In this document: positions 10,870 to 19,754 of the stretch, piece after piece
How the letters are laid out: every line of letters starts with the position of its first letter
How positions within the stretch are numbered: the stretch's first letter is position 1
Assembly: GCA_946404495.1 (NCBI GenBank)
Contig: CAMJDT010000003.1
Span: 4,630 to 68,629 of the forward strand
Reading direction: 5' to 3'
Origin: an uncultured Bacteroidales bacterium
GTDB taxonomy: Bacteria; Bacteroidota; Bacteroidia; Bacteroidales; Paludibacteraceae
Length of the DNA stretch: 64,000 nt
Position numbers and translations under genes: made by a program
The notes under the pieces: generated by a model
The model's input: the letters and a program-made list of their open reading frames with translations, nothing else
What the model was told of the DNA's origin: nothing
Database searches by the model: none

Positions 10870-11646
10870 ATGAATAATCCGCTTGCATCGATTCATCCGG
10901 AGGCGAAGATTGCTCCGGACGTAAAGATAGGACCGTTTGTCTGCATCGAGAGGGATGTGGAGATCGGCGAAGGAACCGTTATCGACAGCAATGTCACCAT
11001 TTGCGAAGGCACCCGTATCGGCAAGAACTGCCACATCTTTCCGGGAGCGGTCATCGGAGCGATACCGCAGGACCTGAAGTTCAAGGGCGAGAAGACCTAT
11101 GTGCGTATTGGTGATAGAAACAACATCCGTGAGTTCGTGACCATTCACCGCGGCACGGCATCCAAGGGTGAGACCGTCATCGGAGACGACAACCTCATTA
11201 TGGCCTACTGCCACGTGGCACACGACTGCCGTCTGGGCAATCATATCATCATGTCCAACGCAACGCAACTGGCCGGCGAGGTCGTCGTGGACGACTGGGC
11301 AATCCTCGGCGGCGGAAGTCTGGTTCACCAGTTCTCGCATATCGGCTCGCACGTCATGATTCACGGCGGCAGCCGTATCAACAAGGATATACCGCCGTAT
11401 ATCTTAGCGGCTCGCGAACCGATAGCCTACTGCGGAATCAACTCCGTCGGTCTGCGCCGTCGCAACTTCACCCACGACCAGATCGATGCCATCCAGGATG
11501 TATACCGGCTCATCTTCAGTCCGATGTACAATGTGTCGCAGGCAATCGAGCATGTGGTGAACGAATTACCCGAGAGCGCAGAGCGCGATGAGATCGTTAA
11601 TTTCATCAAATCGTCGCCTCGAGGCATCCTTCGTGGACCACTTTAA
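10870..11646 (+). CDS. lpxA: Acyl-ACP--UDP-N-acetylglucosamine O-acyltransferase LpxA
   Basis: 258-aa ORF. MNNPLASIHPEAKIAPDVKIGPFVCIE... hexapeptide repeats followed by an LpxA C-terminal helical domain. Confidence 0.92.
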   Translation: MNNPLASIHPEAKIAPDVKIGPFVCIERDVEIGEGTVIDSNVTICEGTRIGKNCHIFPGAVIGAIPQDLKFKGEKTYVRIGDRNNIREFVTIHRGTASKGETVIGDDNLIMAYCHVAHDCRLGNHIIMSNATQLAGEVVVDDWAILGGGSLVHQFSHIGSHVMIHGGSRINKDIPPYILAAREPIAYCGINSVGLRRRNFTHDQIDAIQDVYRLIFSPMYNVSQAIEHVVNELPESAERDEIVNFIKSSPRGILRGPL

Positions 11647-11696
11647 GGCAAAAATGACTGCTTTTTCAAAAAAAAATGCACTTTTTTCAAAAAAAA

Positions 11697-11728
11697 TTTG
11701 GTCATATCAAAAAAAAGCAGTAATTTTG
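11697..11728 (+). promoter_or_regulatory. Promoter of tRNA-Glu (and apparently rpsT)
   Basis: TTTGGTCATATCAAAAAAAAGCAGTAATTTTGCACGC. The -7 box lies about 43 nt upstream of the tRNA. Confidence 0.65.
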
Positions 11729-11770
11729 CACGCTTTTTCGGCAATGAGTGATCAGAACCGATAAAGTGAT

Positions 11771-11845
11771 GGCCTATTCGTCTATCGGCTAGGACGAGAG
11801 ATTTTCATTCTCTAAAGAGCAGTTCGACTCTGCTATAGGCTACCA
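11771..11845 (+). tRNA. tRNA-Glu (anticodon TTC), CCA encoded
   Basis: GGCCTATTCGTCTATCGGCTAGGACGAGAGATTTTCATTCTCTAAAGAGCAGTTCGACTCTGCTATAGGCTACCA. It folds as a cloverleaf with a G1:U72 wobble, a TTTTCAT anticodon loop and a TTCGACT T-loop. Confidence 0.78.
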
Positions 11846-11905
11846 GAAAACGAAAAGTAAAACCACTAAAACACGCCGAGAGGCGAATAAAACAAGAAGC
11901 TATTT

Positions 11906-12160
11906 ATGGCAAACCACAAATCATCACTGAAACGCATACGCCAAACGGCTACCCGCAAGGCTCACAACCACTACTATGCAAAGACTGCCCGCAACGCCGT
12001 CCGCGACCTGCGTGCTACTAAGGAGAAGGCTGCTGCTGCCGCTATGCTTCCGAAGGTAAGCTCGATGCTGGATAAGTTGGCTAAGCGCAACATCATCCAT
12101 CGCAACAAGGCTGCTAACCTGAAGAGCTCGTTGGCTATCTATATCAACAAGCTGGCCTAA
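11906..12160 (+). CDS. rpsT: 30S ribosomal protein S20
   Basis: 84-aa [39 protein letters not shown]... is a typical S20. Confidence 0.93.
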   Translation: MANHKSSLKRIRQTATRKAHNHYYAKTARNAVRDLRATKEKAAAAAMLPKVSSMLDKLAKRNIIHRNKAANLKSSLAIYINKLA

Positions 12161-12187
12161 GGCGTTTCGGAAAAATACACCGATTAA

Positions 12188-12218
12188 GGGCTACCTGAAG
12201 GGGTAAGCCCTTTGTTTT
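12188..12218 (+). terminator. Terminator after rpsT
   Basis: GGGCT-N12-AGCCC followed by TTTGTTTT. Confidence 0.55.
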
Positions 12219-12260
12219 CGTATAAAAAGTGCAGGTATGACCAAAAAAATGCAAGAAATA

Positions 12261-12292
12261 TTTGCACAAGTAAAAAAAATGTTGTATCTTTG
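12261..12292 (+). promoter_or_regulatory. Promoter of small membrane ORF / parC
   Basis: TTTGCACAAGTAAAAAAAATGTTGTATCTTTGCACG (-33 TTTG, -7 TATCTTTG). Confidence 0.6.
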
Positions 12293-12325
12293 CACGTTAA
12301 AATGTAAATTTAATACACCCTATAT

Positions 12326-12484
12326 ATGAAAGACCTTGGAATTATTCTGATTTTGCTCGGCGTGGTATGCCTTATCGTGTACGCCTGCGCGCTGCCCGCG
12401 AACGGACTGTTGGTAACGGCTTTGGTGCTGGAGTTCATCGGCATCATAGCGTATATTCTGATGAATCGCTTCGCAAAAGATTAG
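12326..12484 (+). CDS. Small two-TM hydrophobic protein (52 aa), hypothetical
   Basis: Manual translation gives MKDLGIILILLGVVCLIVYACALPANGLLVTALVLEFIGIIAYILMNRFAKD. It is below the ORF-track size cut-off and lies between the promoter and parC. Confidence 0.4.
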   Translation: MKDLGIILILLGVVCLIVYACALPANGLLVTALVLEFIGIIAYILMNRFAKD

Positions 12485-12514
12485 TAGTAAACTGCCCGTA
12501 GCACAGCGCAAGTT

Positions 12515-15166
12515 ATGGCTGAGTTTAACGACGCAGTAAAATATCATCTGACAGGCATGTACCAGGATTGGTTCCTGGACTATGCCTCGTACGTCATACT
12601 CGAGCGTGCCGTGCCGGCGGTGGAGGACGGATTGAAGCCCGTTCAGCGCCGTATCCTGCATGCTATGAAGGGTGTGGACGACGGTAAGTACAACAAGGTA
12701 GCCAATATCGTAGGTCAGACGATGCAGTATCACCCCCACGGTGATGCCTCGATCGGTGATGCCTTGGTGCAGTTGGGTCAGAAGGATCTACTCATCGACT
12801 GTCAGGGTAACTGGGGCAATATCCTCACCGGTGACGGTGCTGCGGCTCCGCGTTATATCGAGGCGCGACTCAGTAAGTTTGCCCTCGAGACCGTCTTCAA
12901 CGACAAGACCACCCACTGGATGCAGTCCTACGACGGACGCAAAGCCGAACCGATTCATCTGCCCGTTAAGTTCCCGCTGCTATTAGCACAAGGCGTGGAG
13001 GGTATTGCCGTCGGACTCAACTCCAAGATCCTGCCGCATAACTTCTGCGAACTGTGTGACGCTGCCTTAGCCTATCTGCGCGGGGAGGAGTTTGTGCTCT
13101 ATCCCGACTTCCCGACGGGAGGTGAGATCGATGTGTCGAAGTACAACGACGGCGAGCGCGGAGGCGTAGTCAAGATACGCTCCAAGATCACCAAGGCGGA
13201 CGATAATAAGACGCTCATTATCTCCCAAGTGCCGTACGGAACCACTACCGCCAAGATCATCGAGACAATCCTCAAGGCGCAGGAGAAGGGGAAGATCAAG
13301 ATCCGCAAGGTGGACGACTTCACGGCCGAGGAGGCGCGTATCGTGGTGCAACTAGCGCCCGGAGCCTCGTCGGACAAGACCATCGATGCCCTCTATGCCT
13401 TCACCGACTGCGAGGTCAGCGTCTCGCCCAACTGCTGCGTCATCATCGATAAGAAACCCGTCTTCACCACCGTGAGCGACCTCTTGCGCGTGTCGGTCGA
13501 TAACACCAAGTCGCTGCTCAAATGGGAACTGGAGATCAAGAAGGGCGAACTGGAAGAGCAGTATTTCTATACCTCGCTGGAGAAGATATTCATCGAGAAC
13601 CGTATCTACAAGGAGCCCGAATACGAGAACGCTCCCGACAAGGAGAAACTCATCCGCTTTGTGGACAAGGCCCTCGAGCCCTTCAAGGCCAAACTGCTGC
13701 GCGAGGTTCGCAAAGAAGACATCGAGCGCCTCTTCGACATCCGCATGATCCGTATCACCCGCTTTGATACCAAGAAGGCGGACGAACTGATGAAGGACCT
13801 CAGCCGTAAGATCAAGGATACGGTCTATCACCTCAACCACCTGACGGAATATACCATCGACTGGTTTGAGGCACTCAAGAAGAAATACGGCGACAAGTAC
13901 CCGCGCCGCACCGAGGTGCGCAACTTCGCCAACATCAACGTCAAGACCGTCGTCGAGGCCAATGAGAAACTCTATATCAACCGCGAGGACGGCTTTATCG
14001 GCACGGGTCTGAAGAAGGATGAGTTCCTCTTCAACTGCTCCGACATAGACGATATCATCATCTTCCACCGCGACGGTAAATACAAGGTCGTACGCGTGGC
14101 GGAGAAGATCTTCATCGGCACCGACATCCTGCATATCGCGATCTTCAAAAAGAACGATACCCGCACCATCTACAACGTGGTCTATCGTGACGGTAAGGGC
14201 GGTATATGCTATATGAAACGCTTCTTCGTCACCGGCGTGACGCGCGATAAGGAGTACGACCTGACGCAAGGTAAGGCCGGCAGCCGGATCATCTATTTCA
14301 CGGCCAACCCCAACGGCGAGGCCGAGGTGATCAAGATCACGTTGAAGCCCCAGCTGCACCTACGCAACCTCGAGGTGATGAAGGACCTCAGCGAACTGGC
14401 CGTCAAGAGTCGTGCGGCACGCGGCAATGTGCTGACCAAATACGATGTCAAGTCCATTGTGCTCAAGCAGAAAGGTCGCTCGACCTTGGGCGGACGCAAG
14501 GTATGGTTTGACCCCGATATACTGCGTATCAACTACGACGGACAGGGAATGTACCTGGGTGAGTTCCAGGACGAGGACCGCGTGCTCGTCATCACCACTA
14601 CCGGCGATTACTACCTCACCACCTTCGAGGAGACAGCCCACTTCGACCGTAATATATGGCGCATCGAGCGCTTCCGGCCGGAGAAGACCTGGTCGCTCGC
14701 GCTCTGGAACGCCGACCTCGGCTTCTACTACGGCAAGCGCTTCCAACTGGATGCCCAACTCAAGCCGCAGAATATGTTAGGCGAGAACACCGACAACCGC
14801 CTCATCGTGCTCTCCGACCGCGACGAAGCTATCTTCCGCATCAACTACGCCGACGGCATTCATGCCTCCACGGAGATTCTGATGTCCGATTTCATCGAGG
14901 CCAAATCCCCCAAGGCACGCGGCAAACGCTTCACCACATTGGAGGTCGCCTCCATCGAGGATATCACACCTCCGCCTCCCGAACCCGAGGAACCGGAGGA
15001 AGAGGAAGCACCCGAAACGCCCGATGAGACCCCGGAAACAACGGAGCCTACGCAAAATACGGAGACTACGGAACCTACCTCTCCCGCCCTCGATGTCCCC
15101 TTCACCATTACGAACGAGGTACCGGAGTCGTCGCAACCGGTGGACAATCAGTTGTCGCTCTTCTGA
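12515..15166 (+). CDS. parC: DNA topoisomerase IV subunit A (ParC; GyrA-family) with acidic P/E/T-rich tail
   Basis: 883-aa ORF. ...YASYVILERAVPAVEDGLKPVQRRILHAMK...QYHPHGDASIGDALV...AAPRYIEARL is the type IIA topoisomerase A-subunit signature. The Bacteroidota ParC-like N-terminus lacks a GyrA-box. Confidence 0.85.
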   Translation: MAEFNDAVKYHLTGMYQDWFLDYASYVILERAVPAVEDGLKPVQRRILHAMKGVDDGKYNKVANIVGQTMQYHPHGDASIGDALVQLGQKDLLIDCQGNWGNILTGDGAAAPRYIEARLSKFALETVFNDKTTHWMQSYDGRKAEPIHLPVKFPLLLAQGVEGIAVGLNSKILPHNFCELCDAALAYLRGEEFVLYPDFPTGGEIDVSKYNDGERGGVVKIRSKITKADDNKTLIISQVPYGTTTAKIIETILKAQEKGKIKIRKVDDFTAEEARIVVQLAPGASSDKTIDALYAFTDCEVSVSPNCCVIIDKKPVFTTVSDLLRVSVDNTKSLLKWELEIKKGELEEQYFYTSLEKIFIENRIYKEPEYENAPDKEKLIRFVDKALEPFKAKLLREVRKEDIERLFDIRMIRITRFDTKKADELMKDLSRKIKDTVYHLNHLTEYTIDWFEALKKKYGDKYPRRTEVRNFANINVKTVVEANEKLYINREDGFIGTGLKKDEFLFNCSDIDDIIIFHRDGKYKVVRVAEKIFIGTDILHIAIFKKNDTRTIYNVVYRDGKGGICYMKRFFVTGVTRDKEYDLTQGKAGSRIIYFTANPNGEAEVIKITLKPQLHLRNLEVMKDLSELAVKSRAARGNVLTKYDVKSIVLKQKGRSTLGGRKVWFDPDILRINYDGQGMYLGEFQDEDRVLVITTTGDYYLTTFEETAHFDRNIWRIERFRPEKTWSLALWNADLGFYYGKRFQLDAQLKPQNMLGENTDNRLIVLSDRDEAIFRINYADGIHASTEILMSDFIEAKSPKARGKRFTTLEVASIEDITPPPPEPEEPEEEEAPETPDETPETTEPTQNTETTEPTSPALDVPFTITNEVPESSQPVDNQLSLF

Positions 15167-15191
15167 GAAGACGGTATATAGGATAGAGAAA

Positions 15192-15222
15192 GGACACGAC
15201 CTTGCGGTTGTGCCCTTTTTTT
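15192..15222 (+). terminator. Terminator after parC
   Basis: GGACACGACC-TTGC-GGTTGTGCCC followed by T7. Confidence 0.65.
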
Positions 15223-15242
15223 GAATAAACGGTTTCTCTCCG

Positions 15243-16103
15243 TTATCCCAAATACGTCTTCAGTACGCGGCTTCGGCTGCTCTCCTGGAGTTTGTGGATG
15301 GCCTTCTCTTTGATCTGACGTACGCGCTCGCGGGTAAGGTCGAGGTCTATACCGATCTCTTCCAGCGTCTTCTCGGGTACGCCTATACCAAAGAACTTGC
15401 GCAAGATGTCGGCTTCACGGGGTGTGAGTCCGATGAGCGCGCGATCAATCTCGCGGCGCAGCGACTCGTTGATGAGCCCTCTGTCGGCGTTGGGCGAATC
15501 CTCATTGACCATTACATCGATGAGGCTGTTGTCCTCGCCTTCTACAAAGGGAGCATCCACGCTGACGTGACGTCCGGACATCTTGAGTGTATCGGCAATC
15601 TTCTCAACGGGTATGTCCAACTCTTCTGCCAATTCTTCGGCGCTTGGCTTGCGCTCATGTTCTTGTTCGAAGCGCTGATAAGCCTTGTTGATTTTGTTCA
15701 GGGACCCTACCTGGTTGAGGGGCAGACGCACAATACGTGCTTGTTCGGCCAATGCCTGGAGTATCGACTGACGGATCCACCACACGGCGTACGAGATGAA
15801 TTTGAAACCACGTGTCTCATCGAATTTCTCGGCAGCCTTGATCAGTCCCAAGTTACCCTCGTTAATCAAGTCGGGCAGACTCAGACCCTGATTCTGGTAT
15901 TGCTTGGCTACGGAAACCACGAAACGCAGGTTTGCCTTCGTCAAGCGCTCCAGTGCGGCACGGTCTCCGTTGCGGATACGTCCGGCCAATTCCACTTCCT
16001 CCTCCACCGTGACCAGATCCTCGCGGCCGATCTCTTGCAAGTACTTATCCAGCGAAGCGGACTCACGGTTGGTGATTGATTTGGTGATTTTTAATTGGCG
16101 CAT
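15243..16103 (-). CDS. rpoD: Primary RNA polymerase sigma factor (RpoD / sigma-A of Bacteroidota)
   Basis: 286-aa [29 protein letters not shown]...[14 protein letters not shown]...[10 protein letters not shown]...[21 protein letters not shown] covers regions 2-4. Confidence 0.92.
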   Translation of the reverse strand: MRQLKITKSITNRESASLDKYLQEIGREDLVTVEEEVELAGRIRNGDRAALERLTKANLRFVVSVAKQYQNQGLSLPDLINEGNLGLIKAAEKFDETRGFKFISYAVWWIRQSILQALAEQARIVRLPLNQVGSLNKINKAYQRFEQEHERKPSAEELAEELDIPVEKIADTLKMSGRHVSVDAPFVEGEDNSLIDVMVNEDSPNADRGLINESLRREIDRALIGLTPREADILRKFFGIGVPEKTLEEIGIDLDLTRERVRQIKEKAIHKLQESSRSRVLKTYLG

Positions 16104-16129
16104 ATAATTGGTTTTATTATATTTCTTCG

Positions 16130-16203
16130 TGATTCGGCCGGGATTCGAACCCGGGACCCACAGCTTAGAAGGCTGTTGCTCTATCCAACTGAGCTACCGA
16201 ACC
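16130..16203 (-). tRNA. tRNA-Arg (anticodon TCT)
   Basis: The minus strand reads GGTTCGGTAGCTCAGTTGGATAGAGCAACAGCCTTCTAAGCTGTGGGTCCCGGGTTCGAATCCCGGCCGAATCA. The anticodon loop is CTTCTAA. Confidence 0.88.
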
Positions 16204-16250
16204 GGCGCACAAAACAATGCCAAAAATGGCATTCTTGTGCAATTAGCCTG

Positions 16251-16282
16251 CAAAGATACGGTATTTTAGCGATATATGCAAA
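16251..16282 (-). promoter_or_regulatory. Promoter of tRNA-Arg (and apparently rpoD)
   Basis: The minus strand reads TTTGCATATATCGCTAAAATACCGTATCTTTGCAGGC. The -7 box lies about 48 nt upstream of the tRNA 5' end. Confidence 0.6.
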
Positions 16283-16333
16283 TTTTTCTTGAAAAAAATG
16301 CATTTTGTAAGCTACTCTTTGCGTTTTTTGGCT

Positions 16334-17938
16334 TTATTGGAGTTCCTGCACCGCCCGTTTGGTGATTTCATCGTCGCGTTCGAAGAGCGGGAAGAAGCCT
16401 TCATCGCCTAAGATATTGCGTACGATATACGCGTTAACGATGCGTACCAAGAGCGGCTTGGAGGTGTTGATCTGCGCGCGGTTGGGTTCCACGCCTTTCT
16501 CCTTGGCGAAAGCCACAAACTCCTCCACCCAATCGGCCTTCAGCAGGTGTTTCTCCAGCGACTGCCAATCCTTATAGCGACTCAGCTCCTTGCGGTGCTG
16601 GTCGGTGTAACGGAAGGCAAACTGGTAGGTGTAGGCGCGATTGGAGACCATATTGAACCACGGCGTATTGAGCGAGGTGTCGCGTCCGACGAAGATGTCG
16701 GGCATGATACCTCCGCCGCCATAGACGATACGTCCTTTCTTGAGCGTGCGATAGACGGTGGTGTCGCCGTACTGGATGCTGTCGGCCGAGAAGAACTCAC
16801 CGTGCTCCCAGCGCTCGAGCAGATCCTGCGCGTAGTCTTCCTGATCGCCCAGTTTATAGGGCTTCTGGATGCAGCGACCGGAGGGCGTATAGTAACGGGC
16901 TACGGTCAGCCGTACGGCACTGCCGTCGTCGAAGGGGATCTGTTGTTGCACCAATCCCTTGCCGAACGAGCGGCGACCGATGATCGTCGCGCGGTCGTTG
17001 TCCTGCATGGCGCCGGAGAAGATCTCACTCGCCGAAGCGGAGAAGTTATCGATGAGCACCACGAGCGGCACGTTCTTGAAGCGTCCCGTACCGTCGGCTT
17101 TGGCCTCGTAGCGCGGGTAGGCTCTGCCCTCCGAATAGACAATTCCGTCGCCTATGGAGAGGAACTCATTGGCCATCCGTATCGCCTGATCCATGAATCC
17201 GCCGGAGTTCTCACGGAGGTCCACGATATAGCTCGTCGCACCCTGAGCCTTCAGTTCGTTCAGTGCCTGAATGAACTCGGAGTAGGTGTGCTCGGCAAAC
17301 TTATTGACGCGGATGAATCCGATCTTTTTGTCGATGAGGAACTTGGCATCTACGCTATATACGGGTATGTCGCCACGCGTCACGGTGAAGCGCAGCGTCT
17401 CCTTCTCGCCTGCGCGTTTGACGCCCAATTGCACCTCCGTACCTTTCTCACCGCGCAGCGTCGTCATCACCTTCTCGTTGGTCATCTTCTTGCCGGTGAA
17501 GTTGGAGTCGTTGACCTCGATGAGTTTGTCGCCGGCTATGATGCCGACACCCTCAGAGGGGCCGCCGGCAATGACGGCTACGATATTGACCGTGTCGTTC
17601 TGGATGGTGAACTGCACGCCGATACCCGAGAACGAACCCGACAGTTCGCTATTGACCATGTCGAGGTCTTCTTTGGGGATATACGACGAGTGGGGGTCGA
17701 GCCGTTTGACCAACTCCTGCATGGCTTCGTCGGTGATGGAATCGATATTGAGGGGATCCACGTAGGCACGCTCCAAGAGCTGGAGCAGGTGGTCCACTTT
17801 ACTCGACGGGGCAGAGATGATCTGGCCGTTCTGGATGATGAAACGTTGCGCGTTGACTTTGTTGGAGACGGCATTGCCGATCAGAAATCCCAACATCAGC
17901 GTTACAACGGTCACGGTCGGAAGGATGTATTTCTTCAT
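16334..17938 (-). CDS. Carboxy-terminal processing protease (S41 family, PDZ-containing)
   Basis: 534-aa ORF with a signal/TM N-terminus, a PDZ region (GVGIIAGDKLIEVND) and the S41 core (LIDNFSASASEIFSGAMQDNDRATIIGRRSFGKGLVQ). Confidence 0.88.
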   Translation of the reverse strand: MKKYILPTVTVVTLMLGFLIGNAVSNKVNAQRFIIQNGQIISAPSSKVDHLLQLLERAYVDPLNIDSITDEAMQELVKRLDPHSSYIPKEDLDMVNSELSGSFSGIGVQFTIQNDTVNIVAVIAGGPSEGVGIIAGDKLIEVNDSNFTGKKMTNEKVMTTLRGEKGTEVQLGVKRAGEKETLRFTVTRGDIPVYSVDAKFLIDKKIGFIRVNKFAEHTYSEFIQALNELKAQGATSYIVDLRENSGGFMDQAIRMANEFLSIGDGIVYSEGRAYPRYEAKADGTGRFKNVPLVVLIDNFSASASEIFSGAMQDNDRATIIGRRSFGKGLVQQQIPFDDGSAVRLTVARYYTPSGRCIQKPYKLGDQEDYAQDLLERWEHGEFFSADSIQYGDTTVYRTLKKGRIVYGGGGIMPDIFVGRDTSLNTPWFNMVSNRAYTYQFAFRYTDQHRKELSRYKDWQSLEKHLLKADWVEEFVAFAKEKGVEPNRAQINTSKPLLVRIVNAYIVRNILGDEGFFPLFERDDEITKRAVQELQ

Positions 17939-17950
17939 ATTCTTTCAATT

Positions 17951-17998
17951 TTCAACTATCACCAATAACCTATCACCAATAACCTATCACCTATCACC
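17951..17998 (-). repeat. Tandem heptamer array (CCTATCA/CCAATAA)n at the deaminase-protease junction
   Basis: ttcaactatcaccaataaCCTATCACCAATAACCTATCACCTATCAcc. On the coding (minus) strand this reads TGATAGG/TTATTGG. It supplies the last codons and the stop (17987-17989) of the dCMP deaminase gene. Confidence 0.85.
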
Positions 17999-18415
17999 TT
18001 TATCTGGTAAGTAATCTACCTGAATTCCGGCGCGTTTGAGCAGGTCGAGGCCGTCGGTGATGCGGTAGGTCTCGCCGTAAACGACGCGTCGGATGCCGGA
18101 TTGGATGATGAGTTTGGAGCACTCCATGCAGGGCGAGGTGGTCACATACAGCGTCGCGCCCTCGGAGGAGTTATGCGAGCGGGCTACCTTGGTGATGGCA
18201 TTGGCCTCGGCGTGCAGCACGTAGGGTTTGGATACATTGTTCTCGTCTTCGCATTGGTTCTCGAAGCCGGAGGGGGTGCCGTTATAGCCGTCGGAGATGA
18301 TCATATTATCCTTGACGAGCAGGGCGCCCACTTGGCGTCGGATGCAGTACGAGTTCTCGGACCATGTCCGAGCCATCCGCATATAGAGGTAGTCGCGTTT
18401 GAGTTGCTTATCCAC
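17987..18415 (-). CDS. Deoxycytidylate (dCMP) deaminase, ComEB-like
   Basis: 142-aa ORF with zinc-binding motifs HAEANAI and PCMECSKLI. Confidence 0.85.
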   Translation of the reverse strand: MDKQLKRDYLYMRMARTWSENSYCIRRQVGALLVKDNMIISDGYNGTPSGFENQCEDENNVSKPYVLHAEANAITKVARSHNSSEGATLYVTTSPCMECSKLIIQSGIRRVVYGETYRITDGLDLLKRAGIQVDYLPDKGDR

Positions 18416-18418
18416 GGT

Positions 18419-19744
18419 TCAGTTTTTGTTTAGCAGTTCGTTGGCAAAGTCATTGACGCGTATCCCGTCGAAGGTACCGGACGACATCATCAGCAGCGCC
18501 GTGTTGTCGTAGCTGAGCGTACGCAGGTATTCCTGCATCGCCTGGCTGTCGGTGAAGACCTTGACGTTGTTCGTGCCGAAGGCCTTGGCTACCTCCTCGG
18601 CCGTGATCGGCGTGAGGCGTTTGTGCTCGATGACCTTGGGGTTGAAATAGACCAGCGCCGTGTCGGCCTCCGCCATGCAACCTTTGTACTGCGGCAGGAA
18701 GTCGGCCATGAGGCTCGAGAAGGTGTGCAGCTCCATGCAGGCGATGAGTTTTTTCTCAGGATACTTCTCCCGCACGGCATTGATCGTCGCGCGCAGTTTG
18801 GAGGGAGCGTGGGCAAAGTCCTTGTAGGCTACCGAAGTCTCGGTCTCGCCTATTTTCTCCAGCCGGTTGCTGGCGCCCTTGAATCCCGCGAGCGTGCGGT
18901 AGAAGTCGTCGGCCTTGACGCCGATGGCTTCGCAGGCATGGCAGGCGGCCTCCAGGTTCTGCATGTTATGCCGTCCGAACACTTGCATCTCCACCTCGCC
19001 CGTATAGCCGCTGTAGGGGATACACCTTATATCTTTACGCGCGTGCGACGCGAGCGCGCGCAGGTTGTCGTCGCCGGCGTAGTAGATCAGCGTGCCGTTC
19101 GCTTCGATCGAATCGACGAATTTACGGAACGTATCCACGTACTCGGGGAAGGTGGGGAACACATTGATATGATCCCAGGCGATACCGGTGATGATAGCTA
19201 CTTGGGGGTGGTACCAGAGGAACTTACTGCGCAGATCCAGCGGCGAGGTCAGATATTCGTCGCCCTCGAAGACGGCGTAACGCGCCGTGTCGCTGAGTCG
19301 AACCATCCGTTCGAATCCCTCGATCTGTGCACCTACCATATAGTCCGCCTCAATGCCGAGGTGCTGCAGGGCATAGAGGATCATAGCCGTAGTGGTGGTC
19401 TTGCCGTGCGAACCGGCCACGACGATACGCGTCTTGTTGCGCGTCTCGTAGTAGAGGTACTCGGGGAAGGAGTAGATCTTGAGTCCCAACTCCCGTGCCC
19501 GTACCAGTTCGGGGTTATCCTCGCGTGCATGCATGCCGAGGATGATGGCATCTATATCCGGAGTGATACGCTCCGGATGCCAACCCATCTCCGGGGGCAG
19601 CAGTCCCGCATCACGGAGGTGGGTGAGGGCAGGGTCGAAGATCTCGTCGTCCGACCCTGTTACCACGTATCCCTCGCGTTGGGCCACAGCGAGTGCCAAA
19701 TTATGCATCGCTGCTCCACCGATAGCTATGAAATGTATCCTCAT
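18419..19744 (-). CDS. mpl: Mur-ligase family protein, Mpl-like (UDP-N-acetylmuramate:tripeptide ligase)
   Basis: MRIHFIAIGGAAMHNLALAV...VVAGSHGKTTTTAMI...FEGDEY. The start is set at the conserved MRIHF (19744). The ORF-track start at 19765 would overlap the tig stop. Confidence 0.8.
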   Translation of the reverse strand: MRIHFIAIGGAAMHNLALAVAQREGYVVTGSDDEIFDPALTHLRDAGLLPPEMGWHPERITPDIDAIILGMHAREDNPELVRARELGLKIYSFPEYLYYETRNKTRIVVAGSHGKTTTTAMILYALQHLGIEADYMVGAQIEGFERMVRLSDTARYAVFEGDEYLTSPLDLRSKFLWYHPQVAIITGIAWDHINVFPTFPEYVDTFRKFVDSIEANGTLIYYAGDDNLRALASHARKDIRCIPYSGYTGEVEMQVFGRHNMQNLEAACHACEAIGVKADDFYRTLAGFKGASNRLEKIGETETSVAYKDFAHAPSKLRATINAVREKYPEKKLIACMELHTFSSLMADFLPQYKGCMAEADTALVYFNPKVIEHKRLTPITAEEVAKAFGTNNVKVFTDSQAMQEYLRTLSYDNTALLMMSSGTFDGIRVNDFANELLNKN

Positions 19745-19754
19745 GTCTTGTGTT

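Noticed and set aside
10846-10870. A hidden or frameshifted FabZ domain after lpxC.
   Set aside because: Only 23 nt separate the lpxC stop from the lpxA ATG, and they consist of heptamer repeat. There is no room for even a remnant.
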